The position numbers and the translations under genes were made by a program. From positions 62,001 through 126,000 of the IMG/VR virus record IMGVR_UViG_3300032236_001859: DNA of 64,000 nt; one strand, 5' to 3'. Numbering within the stretch: the stretch's first letter is position 1; each line of letters starts with the position of its first letter. Shown piece by piece: positions 1 to 7,843 of this stretch. The notes beneath the pieces were generated by a model. That model searched no databases. It was not told the DNA's origin and saw only the letters and a program-made list of their open reading frames with translations.

Positions 1-422
1 GAGTCAAACTCGCGCAATGGAAACGTGCTGGACTCCCGGTAGATCCACCGCGGAGGCGCCGGGGTCTTGGTGAGGGTGTCACGGATGACGAGTTCCCTTT
101 TGAGCCAGCACGACGGACACAGGGGGTGGCGACAGTACCCTTCGGTGTCGGCATCATGGATGATGTGGATACCTCTACAATGCTTTTTGGTGACGTCGCC
201 GAAGGCACGGGCATTGAAGGCTTGCTGCATGGCGCAGAACCCGCGTAGGAACTCACGGGTGAGGTTTTCGTGGTGGTTACCAATCATGTCCACGGCGAGG
301 TCATAATAAACCCCTAGAGGATCCTCTAGGGGTAGACAGTCATTCTCGGGGTTGTTCTTCTCGGAGCTCCGCTCACCCTTTTGGTGCTTGCGGGCCCCCC
401 AGGTTGGTGGTGGCGGTTTCAT
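1..422 (-). CDS. Hypothetical protein, runs off the left edge; CxxxxCPxC motif
   Basis: My own translation: the frame is open from ATG 422 (AAGGA upstream) to base 1, MKPPPPTWGARKH...YCRHPLCPSCWLKRE...; ATG 287 is an alternative start. Confidence 0.5.
   Translation of the reverse strand, partial: MKPPPPTWGARKHQKGERSSEKNNPENDCLPLEDPLGVYYDLAVDMIGNHHENLTREFLRGFCAMQQAFNARAFGDVTKKHCRGIHIIHDADTEGYCRHPLCPSCWLKRELVIRDTLTKTPAPPRWIYRESSTFPLREFD
310..333. repeat. Perfect 24-bp palindrome ACCCCTAGAGGATCCTCTAGGGGT
   Basis: Self-complementary sequence read directly; on the minus strand it is followed by TTATTATGAC. Confidence 0.8.
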
Positions 423-631
423 CGAGCCGTCCTTTGGGGTCCAGGCGACAGACCATGTTTGGGGTCCGGATGCGATCCGTGGACGCCACAGTGGGATCTG
501 AGAGCGGGGACCGATATCTCGGGGTGGGATAGGCGCGGTGGAGTACCGCACGAGGACTCTGTGATAAGTACATGGAAACAGTCTACAGCGTTGAGACTTT
601 TGGGCCAGCTATGAAGTTTTCGTAGCACTGC

Positions 632-1126
632 CTATGCGGAGATGAAAAGGCCTGTGCGACGATGAAAAGTACCCCCTTTGGCTAGATGAGCCTTAATGCT
701 GCGGCGAGTCATCGTCTCCTGTGCAAGAGACCACAGACCTCTATCTGGGTGGTAAACAAAGGCAACGCCTGCTTGGATATCCCTCCAGATCTCCTCGACA
801 TCTGTGACGAGAATGTTGACCTCTGGTCTGGGGAGATCAGGGCGTGGAATCGCAGTGGGTTCGTTGATCCCATTTTTGCGATCGACAAGATGACCATTGG
901 CATGCAGGCCTTCGGCGATTTCGCGTGCGCGCTCTTCGAGGACCTCGATGGCCACAGCGGTGAATGCAATTCGGAGCCCTGCGGCATTGGCGAGCTCCCC
1001 CAGCTTCTTGATGTAGGCCTCAAATGAGAAGCGTAATGCGTCGACGTCACAGCGGCGGTCGAGTTCGGCACGCAAGAGGTCCCCTGGGTACTTGGCGAGT
1101 TCATGCGGAATTGGTCTGTCAGACAT
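632..1126 (-). CDS. Hypothetical protein (164 aa)
   Basis: Strong SD (AAAGGAG) just before ATG; composition is protein-like. Confidence 0.8.
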   Translation of the reverse strand: MSDRPIPHELAKYPGDLLRAELDRRCDVDALRFSFEAYIKKLGELANAAGLRIAFTAVAIEVLEERAREIAEGLHANGHLVDRKNGINEPTAIPRPDLPRPEVNILVTDVEEIWRDIQAGVAFVYHPDRGLWSLAQETMTRRSIKAHLAKGGTFHRRTGLFISA

Positions 1127-1206
1127 GTGAGTCTCCTTTGAATAGAGTTTATAGAAAATCTGGGGTTGACTCGCCTAGTACGGCATAGGTGGGTCAACGG
1201 GGGCCA

Positions 1207-1341
1207 CTAACCCCTCCAGATGTGGCCACGGAAGCCAGTAAATGCCCAGCCGATGAATACCACGGCCAGGAAAATAAGGGCTAACTTGATTAGGATCTGT
1301 GCGAGTGCGACGAGCACGAGCACTTTGATGATAGTCGCCAT
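1207..1341 (-). CDS. Small membrane protein (44 aa)
   Basis: AAGGA before ATG 1341; MATIIKVLVLVALAQILIKLALIFLAVVFIGWAFTG is almost entirely hydrophobic. Confidence 0.6.
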   Translation of the reverse strand: MATIIKVLVLVALAQILIKLALIFLAVVFIGWAFTGFRGHIWRG

Positions 1342-1396
1342 ACGAGGTCCTTGCGGTGCAGGGCACCCAGGAGGTGAGGGCTCTGGCATCACTGCC

Positions 1397-3265
1397 ATGC
1401 CGGATTACCATGAGTCAACCATGGTAGAACTTGCATCCAAGGAAAACGTGAGTCTCGGGGGCGACGCCGCCCTACCGAGTTACAACGATGCCCTCGGACG
1501 TCTTAGCAAGGCAAGGCAAGCCAATCCTAATATGCCCTTGTCGGCTGCCTTGCCTCTGATTTTCAAATTGAAAGGGAAACCATACTCGATAGCGAATACC
1601 CATTTCCTGTTCGAGCACGAGTATGCCACCCACAACATCCCCCGCCGGCAAATCGATAAGGCGGGGCGTCAGCTCTCGAAGTCGACGAACAAGGCCGCTG
1701 GTGGGATCATCCGTGCGGCGAGTCACCCCTATTACAACATGCTCTCGGTGACCCCGCTGTTCGAGCAGATCCGAAAGTTCTCCAACAACTATGTCCGCCC
1801 ATTCCTCAAAGAGTCCATTGTACGTGCACGTCTAATGGATGAGAGCAGGGACCAACAGGTCCTGCAGCGCACTCTCGGTAACGGTAGCAATCTGTTCTAC
1901 AATTACGCAACAAACTCAGCGGATCGTATCCGGGGCACGTCCTGCGATGAGGTCGCTGTGGATGAGCTCCAGGACTTTGACATCGATGTTTTGCCAGTTA
2001 TTCAAAGTTGTTTAGACGCCTCCCCGTATAAACTCGAGAGGTACTCGGGAACCCCAAAAACATTTGACAACCCCATAGAGGTGTACTGGGAGCAGTCGTC
2101 TCAGGGCATCTGGCATATCCCATGTGAGGCCACGGGTTGCAAGCACGTCAATGTGTGCTGTGTCGACGGCGACATCCTGAACATGATTGGGGATAACACG
2201 CAGAGGAAGGATGGGTCCCCTCGCACCCTGATTTGTGCTAAATGCGGGGGTCCCCTGGATTCCAGAGGTGGCTACTTCATACACCGATTCCCAGAGCGAA
2301 GGCTGACCTTCTCGGGCTACCATGAGCCCCAGATCGTCTTCCCCATGCACTACAATTCTCCGTTGTCATGGGACAAGATTCTGGACACCCTGCGGAATAA
2401 ACCCAAGTACATCTTCTACAACGAAGTCCTCGGGGAGAGTTACGACACCGGTCAGAAGTTGATGACCATTAAGGATCTCACTGCGGCCGCAACTGCTAAA
2501 TACGTCAGACCGTCTCAGCTCGATAAGAGCAGATACAATGCAGTAATGCTTGGGGTCGACTGGGGTGGCAAGGGTCGTGAGAAAACCACTGACACCGAGG
2601 ACTTCATCTCAAACACCGCATTGGCTTTAGCTGGTATCAACGTGCACGGAATCGTGGATGTCATGTGGGGATATGCGACCCCATACATCGCGGATCACTT
2701 CCAGGAAGCCAGCATTGTTAAAGAGGCCGCGGCTACTGCAGGCGTCAATTACATATGTCACGATTTCGGGGGTGCGGGAAATATAAGAGAGTCCATATTG
2801 ACCCATATGGGGTGGCCGCTCTCCAAGCTGTGCCCGTTCACTTACATGGCACAACCCAACCAAGATATCATCAATTTCAGTCCGTCTGGTGAAGCAGGCC
2901 CACGGAACTATTGGTCCCTGGATAAGGCGCGTAGCCTCCTCATGCTGTGCGAACTCATCAAGTGCGGAAAGGTGCGCTTCGCCCCCTACGAGGGCCCCAT
3001 GCAGCACCTCATGAACGACTTTCTATCCATCTTCGAGGAAATCAGAGATAACCCGCGTGGGCGTGGGATGAACTTGGTGCACCGGATTCCCAAGCGACAC
3101 GATGACTTCGTGCATGCCGTGAACTATGCGGTCATGGGTCTCTATCATCACACCCAGTTCTGGCCTGACATGGCGCAGTCCTGGCATAAGATGCGAACCA
3201 TGGTGGCCTCTGACGGTACCACGGAATCCACGAATCGTCAGTGGCTCCCCGATGACGTCCTCTGA
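1397..3265 (+). CDS. terL: Terminase large subunit, GpA-like (start 1397 or 1421)
   Basis: Walker A-like KAGRQLSKST, Walker B VAVDELQD, coupling motif SGTPKT, Cys cluster (CEATGC...CAKC), nuclease motifs GVDWGG and HDDFVHA. Confidence 0.9.
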   Translation: MPDYHESTMVELASKENVSLGGDAALPSYNDALGRLSKARQANPNMPLSAALPLIFKLKGKPYSIANTHFLFEHEYATHNIPRRQIDKAGRQLSKSTNKAAGGIIRAASHPYYNMLSVTPLFEQIRKFSNNYVRPFLKESIVRARLMDESRDQQVLQRTLGNGSNLFYNYATNSADRIRGTSCDEVAVDELQDFDIDVLPVIQSCLDASPYKLERYSGTPKTFDNPIEVYWEQSSQGIWHIPCEATGCKHVNVCCVDGDILNMIGDNTQRKDGSPRTLICAKCGGPLDSRGGYFIHRFPERRLTFSGYHEPQIVFPMHYNSPLSWDKILDTLRNKPKYIFYNEVLGESYDTGQKLMTIKDLTAAATAKYVRPSQLDKSRYNAVMLGVDWGGKGREKTTDTEDFISNTALALAGINVHGIVDVMWGYATPYIADHFQEASIVKEAAATAGVNYICHDFGGAGNIRESILTHMGWPLSKLCPFTYMAQPNQDIINFSPSGEAGPRNYWSLDKARSLLMLCELIKCGKVRFAPYEGPMQHLMNDFLSIFEEIRDNPRGRGMNLVHRIPKRHDDFVHAVNYAVMGLYHHTQFWPDMAQSWHKMRTMVASDGTTESTNRQWLPDDVL

Positions 3266-3681
3266 CGCCAATTAGCCATGTTGTCGATTTCTCGGGCCCC
3301 TGCGGCGACAGCACCGGGGATCCTGACCGCTTTGATCCCATCAACGATGTCATCCCGGAACGGGGTGTAGACCCCGATCTTGAATATGTTGGGATGACTG
3401 GGCTTCCGGTAGATCCTGTAGGCGTGTCGGCTCATCCGGGTCACCAGGAGACCCCCATCCGTGGGCACCAACCAGACACAGTTGTTGAGTACCACCGCGC
3501 AAACCGTGAAACGCTCCCCGTACTCGGGGAACAGCTCACATGGGATCTTGATGTGTGTCTTCGTGATCTTGAGAAGCCCGTGATCCTTGCGAGGTCTTCG
3601 TGCACGGGGCGACCGGAGATCACTGAGGTTGAAGGCACCCGGGGGTAGCAGCTCCGACAGCCTGGAACTTTTTACGAGCAT
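3238..3681 (-). CDS. Hypothetical protein, start uncertain
   Basis: The C-terminal ~110 aa of the 173-aa ORF look protein-like and fill the gap between terL and the RNase H-like gene. Confidence 0.45.
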   Translation of the reverse strand: MLVKSSRLSELLPPGAFNLSDLRSPRARRPRKDHGLLKITKTHIKIPCELFPEYGERFTVCAVVLNNCVWLVPTDGGLLVTRMSRHAYRIYRKPSHPNIFKIGVYTPFRDDIVDGIKAVRIPGAVAAGAREIDNMANWRQRTSSGSH

Positions 3682-4081
3682 GGAGGGCCTCCTGGATAAT
3701 GGGGAGATGTTCATACCTGGATTCCCAGGTCCACGAGATCTCGTAGCCCCGGGTCTCAAACCAGGTGATGAACCTCCAGTCCGAGGCCAGGTTTCGCTTC
3801 CAGGGGTTCACACCAGCGGTGATGACATCGGGGGCATCGGTGATGCAGAGGACCTGGGGGCGCATGATCTCTGACTTCGAGTTGTGCGCGTTGTGCCACC
3901 ACTGAATCGCGGCAGCAAACGGCATGACATCGGCGTCGTCTTGGGTGGCCTCAGCGCTGCCATCCACGATCTTCTTACTCTCCCCGGTACTCGGGATAAT
4001 AATGAACGCAGCCCAGCCCACGGGGCCACCCCAACGGGCGCCCACGGCTCCACCAATCACGATGAGATCTGGCTGCGACAT
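3620..4081 (-). CDS. RNase HI-fold protein, catalytically degenerate
   Basis: GGPVGWAAFII, VLCITD, WKR and ISWTW follow RNase HI motif order; the first catalytic Asp position reads IVIGG. Confidence 0.6.
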   Translation of the reverse strand: MSQPDLIVIGGAVGARWGGPVGWAAFIIIPSTGESKKIVDGSAEATQDDADVMPFAAAIQWWHNAHNSKSEIMRPQVLCITDAPDVITAGVNPWKRNLASDWRFITWFETRGYEISWTWESRYEHLPIIQEALHARKKFQAVGAATPGCLQPQ

Positions 4082-4166
4082 GACTCCCAGTAAATCAGGT
4101 TTTCATTCGCTGTCTACCCCAACAGTCTCCAGCGTCGAGACTTTTTAAGACACGTGAGGTCATAGG

Positions 4167-4233
4167 TAAAGAAAACAACACGCCCTCCCCGATACCACTG
4201 GGTAGACCAGCGATATCAGAGAGGGCATGTGTT
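4167..4233 (-). terminator. Intrinsic terminator (imperfect long hairpin plus U-tract)
   Basis: Arms AACACGCCCTC...GAGGGCATGTGTT next to TAAAGAAAACAA on +, downstream of gene 4264-4449. Confidence 0.6.
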
Positions 4234-4263
4234 TAACATGGCATAACAAAGCCCGAGGGCTTA

Positions 4264-4449
4264 TTATGACCCGGGCTGTGCCGGGGCGGGCTCCAGCCCT
4301 GGTTTCGGCGCGGTTCGCCGGAGTTGCCATTTCGAGGCTTCACCTCGAGACATCTGGGTCCCATTGGGACCCTTCACGGCAACCCACTCGTATCCAGGTG
4401 GGTTGTTCGTGGGGGGATACTTCGACCACTGGACATTTCGTTGAATCAT
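4264..4449 (-). CDS. Microprotein with NPPGYEWV motif (61 aa)
   Basis: ATGA overlap with the upstream gene; a paralog lies at 6910-7023. Confidence 0.7.
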   Translation of the reverse strand: MIQRNVQWSKYPPTNNPPGYEWVAVKGPNGTQMSRGEASKWQLRRTAPKPGLEPAPAQPGS

Positions 4450-5249
4450 ACTGCCTCCGCTTCAACTCCCTGAGTGGAAAAAATCCGGAGAGCGTCGATG
4501 ACGCCAACCGGTGCGCGTCCCGTATTCAATGCTGCACGAATACGGGGCATGATTACTGCAATGAAGTCTTCCCTGGCGAGACCCAGTTTGGGGCGCGCCC
4601 CGAGGGCATCAGCCATCCGACGGAGCTCGAGGAGACGCATGGTCCCCAGGGCTTCTGGAGTCGCCACGTTCTCAAGAAGAGCACAGGCTTCTTCCTCACG
4701 GATCTCCTCCTCGGTCTTCGGGAGATCCGCGATATCCACGTATCCACGTGGCTGCGCCTTGGAGACCAAGGCGGCCCCAATGGCAGGTGCCCAGACGCGA
4801 TCTTCAGATCTCCGCTGGATGCGGAGACGGCGAGTTGCCATCTCGATACGCGGCGACGACCACAAGGCGACGAACTGATTCCCCGCGGGATCATTTTGAT
4901 CCTTGGCGAAGGCCTTGCCGGCTTCCAGAGTTCGTACGCGTTCGCCGACCAGGGTTTCCTTGCCGTCGACATCGGTTTCGGAGACCTGGTAGCCAAGATC
5001 GATGCCATCAGCATAGACCTTGTAGACCGTCAACTTGCCGAGGTGCGAGAGCTGCACCTTACCGGATTCCACGGGACGTGAGACGATGTGCTTGGCCCCG
5101 GAAGCCCGGAGCAGCATATCACTGCAGACCTGGATCTGGGGCTTACTGGACTTCATCCCCTTCTTCATGGTTTCCGCGGCAAGGCTGCGGAGGGCTGTGA
5201 CATCGTCACGGCGTGGGCAAATTGCATTTGAGTATATTAGTTTTTCCAC
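4446..5249 (-). CDS. Hypothetical protein with C-terminal Rho_N/HeH-like motif
   Basis: GTG start after AAAGGAG; LGTMRLLELRRMADALG...LAREDFIAVI matches the Rho N-terminal domain pattern. Confidence 0.75.
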   Translation of the reverse strand: MEKLIYSNAICPRRDDVTALRSLAAETMKKGMKSSKPQIQVCSDMLLRASGAKHIVSRPVESGKVQLSHLGKLTVYKVYADGIDLGYQVSETDVDGKETLVGERVRTLEAGKAFAKDQNDPAGNQFVALWSSPRIEMATRRLRIQRRSEDRVWAPAIGAALVSKAQPRGYVDIADLPKTEEEIREEEACALLENVATPEALGTMRLLELRRMADALGARPKLGLAREDFIAVIMPRIRAALNTGRAPVGVIDALRIFSTQGVEAEAV

Positions 5250-5256
5250 GGTAGAC

Positions 5257-5284
5257 TCCTTTGTGCGCACGAAGCGCATTGAGG
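5257..5284 (-). promoter_or_regulatory. 28-nt leader element, copy 1 (hairpin next to the SD)
   Basis: CCTCAATGCGCTTCGTGCGCACAAAGGA, 27/28 identical to 5927-5954. Confidence 0.75.
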
Positions 5285-5323
5285 TGATGCTGACCTCAGG
5301 AAAGCCCTGGGGTTGCAGCTTGG

Positions 5324-5548
5324 TTATATTTCCCGGACGTCGCCACCAAAACAGGTGACGAGGCCACCCACGGCGATGCCACCACCAATGGCAACCATCG
5401 CAATAGGAATGAATGCGCCTTCATCGGGACAGATCCCGACCACAGCACATGTAATGATGGCAACCACGAATGACACCCCTGCCATGACGGCGCAGTTGCA
5501 CCCCATGGTTTTCAGGGCTTCCAGTGTTGTGACGTCTTCCTCGCTCAT
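5324..5548 (-). CDS. Small protein with two TM helices (74 aa)
   Basis: Two hydrophobic segments; ATGA overlap with the upstream gene. Confidence 0.7.
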   Translation of the reverse strand: MSEEDVTTLEALKTMGCNCAVMAGVSFVVAIITCAVVGICPDEGAFIPIAMVAIGGGIAVGGLVTCFGGDVREI

Positions 5549-5919
5549 GGGAGAACACCACGGTTATGGCGTACCACAGCGAGATAAAGACGGGCAGCAT
5601 GGGTGGCTGCTTTGGTGGCCTGCGAAATCATGGCCTTGCGACCACGGACCCAGGCGGCACCACGGGGGTTATACGCTGGGGTGCCCTGCTTGCGGCGCAG
5701 GGAAGTCTCGGCGCCACGGACAACCCCATTGGCAAACGTCAACCTGGATTCCCAGTGGGGCATCCCTTTGCACTGGGGCTTCAACCCCACGGCGCGTTCG
5801 CAGCGCGCCACGGCTTCTTCAACGAGACCAAGGGCTTCACGGAACGCGATCTCGGGGTGTGCTCCGGGGAGCACTTCAACTAAGGATTCATGAGCGGATA
5901 GCAGGGCTTCAATCGACAT
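5545..5919 (-). CDS. Hypothetical protein (124 aa)
   Basis: ATG 5919 follows AAAGGA of the leader element. Confidence 0.75.
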   Translation of the reverse strand: MSIEALLSAHESLVEVLPGAHPEIAFREALGLVEEAVARCERAVGLKPQCKGMPHWESRLTFANGVVRGAETSLRRKQGTPAYNPRGAAWVRGRKAMISQATKAATHAARLYLAVVRHNRGVLP

Positions 5920-5926
5920 GGTGTTT

Positions 5927-5954
5927 TCCTTTGTGCGCACGTAGCGCATTGAGG
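5927..5954 (-). promoter_or_regulatory. 28-nt leader element, copy 2
   Basis: CCTCAATGCGCTACGTGCGCACAAAGGA. Confidence 0.75.
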
Positions 5955-6091
5955 GTTAGCAGGGGTCGACCACAACGGCGTGGTAGATTCCCAGAAGACT
6001 CAGGGGGACCACCCCTGATTCCCGGACTTGAGACCGGGTCCACTTTCGTGGAGGCCTTACAACTCAGGGGTGGGCGTTGAGTTGCTCTCGG

Positions 6092-6349
6092 CTAAAATCT
6101 ACGCTCTACAGTCAGCATCTCCTCGATCCCAGTGGGCCCCATGGCTTCCTCAGGCATGTCCTCGAGGATCTGGAATTGCTCCCTCACTGACAGCTTTCGC
6201 CAGAGATGGCGCAGCATGTGGTGTTGGGCATGCCCAGCTGACCACTTGCGGTCATCGGGATTCCTCTGGTAGTTCCTGTCAAACTCTTTCCAGCCTGTTA
6301 CGAAGGCCTGGGCCATCCCGCTTAGGGCTGGCGGTGTTGCTGTTTCCAC
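6092..6349 (-). CDS. Hypothetical protein (85 aa)
   Basis: GTG start after AAAGGAGAG; this is the 3' part of the 191-aa ORF, downstream of a terminator. Confidence 0.7.
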   Translation of the reverse strand: METATPPALSGMAQAFVTGWKEFDRNYQRNPDDRKWSAGHAQHHMLRHLWRKLSVREQFQILEDMPEEAMGPTGIEEMLTVERRF

Positions 6350-6410
6350 TTTACTCTCCTTTGCCCCATGGGGGCGTGATACCGGGATCCGCCGGCGCGG
6401 TTTATCAACT

Positions 6411-6446
6411 AAAAAGAAAACCCCGGGGACCACGTGGTCCCCGGGG
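6411..6446 (-). terminator. Intrinsic terminator; perfect 26-bp palindrome
   Basis: CCCCGGGGACCACGTGGTCCCCGGGG followed on minus by TTTTCTTTTT. Confidence 0.8.
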
Positions 6447-6515
6447 GCTTGGAGTCCTGGTTTCCCAGGGGCGAGCATGACACGTCTCCTTATTCCATTT
6501 CGCTGGTGTGACAGC

Positions 6516-6698
6516 CTAGGCTGCCACGGCAGGTTCGAGCTGGGCACGGAGCTCTGAGATCTCCTCTGAGATCTCAAAGGTGTCGAGGCCACGGTCGCTG
6601 CGGCGATCGTATTCGGCCTCGAGTTCAGTGATCCGCATGCCGATATCACGTCGGCGGAGGATGTCATCGACTTCTTCGCAGTTGTTTCTATATGACAT
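6516..6698 (-). CDS. Small charged coiled-coil protein (60 aa)
   Basis: SD AAGGAG; E/R-rich heptad pattern. Confidence 0.75.
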   Translation of the reverse strand: MSYRNNCEEVDDILRRRDIGMRITELEAEYDRRSDRGLDTFEISEEISELRAQLEPAVAA

Positions 6699-6753
6699 GA
6701 TTATTCTCCTTCTGAGTGTGGTGACTTCCTTTTGCCAGACAATGAGTCATAGC

Positions 6754-6827
6754 AAAAAAAGAAGTCACGCCCACTCAACTATGACCACCCCTTTCGGGGG
6801 TAGCCATAGTTGAGTGGGCGTGACTTC
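6754..6827 (-). terminator. Very long hairpin terminator
   Basis: Perfect 23-bp arms (6761-6783 and 6805-6827), inner stem with GAAA loop on minus, then T7. Confidence 0.8.
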
Positions 6828-6909
6828 AGATAGAAAGCCAAGTCTTGCGACTTAGAAATCTTTTATGGATTATCTTTAACGTCCCTCCAAGGGGGACAAG
6901 ACGACGACA

Positions 6910-7023
6910 TCAAAGTGGTTTGAGTTTCCACACCTTGCTGCCGTCGTCATTCTTCCTAACCTCTACCCAGTGATACCCGGGTGGGTTGGCGGGAGCAGTG
7001 CTCCCAATGTGGGTGCGCTTCAT
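6910..7023 (-). CDS. Microprotein with NPPGYHWV motif (37 aa; not in the ORF track)
   Basis: MKRTHIGSTAPANPPGYHWVEVRKNDDGSKVWKLKPL*, GAGAGGG upstream; similar to 4264-4449. Confidence 0.65.
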   Translation of the reverse strand: MKRTHIGSTAPANPPGYHWVEVRKNDDGSKVWKLKPL

Positions 7024-7264
7024 GGCGTACCCTCTCTGCCGCTTTAGGCCCGGCCGGCCAATGCGCTCATTGTTTTACACCTGGGGTGGCGCGGTACCAC
7101 GTCTTAGTGGCTCCGGGTTGGATACCAGATTCCCCTGACAACGACATCGTGAACTCGGAGGCGCCGGCACAGCGCGCTTCTCACCTACACCAAGGGGATG
7201 TCGACCCCTGGTTTGTGACCCCCTACCATCATTGGGGGTAGCTTATTTTGTGATGGTGGTGTGC

Positions 7265-7690
7265 TCAGAGGTGGCTCACCCAGGGGGCGATGTCCTCCTC
7301 CTCCTTGAATACGGGGAGGGCGCCGGTGCCCACCCATTTCAGGTGGATGAAGGTGGGCTTCCCACCTTCCGGGGAACGCATGGCATTCCATGCTTCCATC
7401 ATTTCCAGGCCTCGGTGACAATAGTCACCGGCACTGACCGCGGTGGTGGACCGCCTGTCAGCTATTGAGCGGAGTGCCGGGGGGAACACCCCGAACACAT
7501 AATCCGCTTTCAGCTCTCGTGCCGCCGCGGAGAGCAGGGCCAAGGTGGCCCTCACGTCTTCCTTGTTTTCGAGAGCCTTTTCAGCCCCCAGCCCCATGGG
7601 CTGGCACAGCTTGAGGCCCATGGCTTCAATCTGTGCCAGCTGATCCTGCGTTGGATTGTGACGTGAAAACCAGATAGCGTTGCTGTTCAT
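7265..7690 (-). CDS. Csx20/Csx15-like (CARF-related) protein, candidate ring nuclease
   Basis: WFSRHNPTQDQ, ADYVFG and EGGKPTFIHLKW; SD AAAGGGA. The gene itself is solid; the family call is tentative. Confidence 0.55.
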   Translation of the reverse strand: MNSNAIWFSRHNPTQDQLAQIEAMGLKLCQPMGLGAEKALENKEDVRATLALLSAAARELKADYVFGVFPPALRSIADRRSTTAVSAGDYCHRGLEMMEAWNAMRSPEGGKPTFIHLKWVGTGALPVFKEEEDIAPWVSHL

Positions 7691-7798
7691 ATAATCCCTT
7701 TCAGGTGAGGCCGATTCAGTCGGCGACGTCCTCTGCGTTTATAGGGGCTTGGAACCCTCGATCTGACATCAGACAGATCGGCCGCATTACGTCATACC

Positions 7799-7843
7799 AA
7801 AAAAAAACCGTGGGAGTCGCTGGCGTACCAGCGACTCCCACGG
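7799..7843 (-). terminator. Intrinsic terminator
   Basis: Perfect 16-bp stem with UACG loop on minus, followed by T9. Confidence 0.85.

Noticed and set aside
1220-1396. N-terminal extension of the terminase
   Set aside because: It overlaps an SD-led small membrane gene on the opposite strand; a start at 1397 or 1421 is more plausible.
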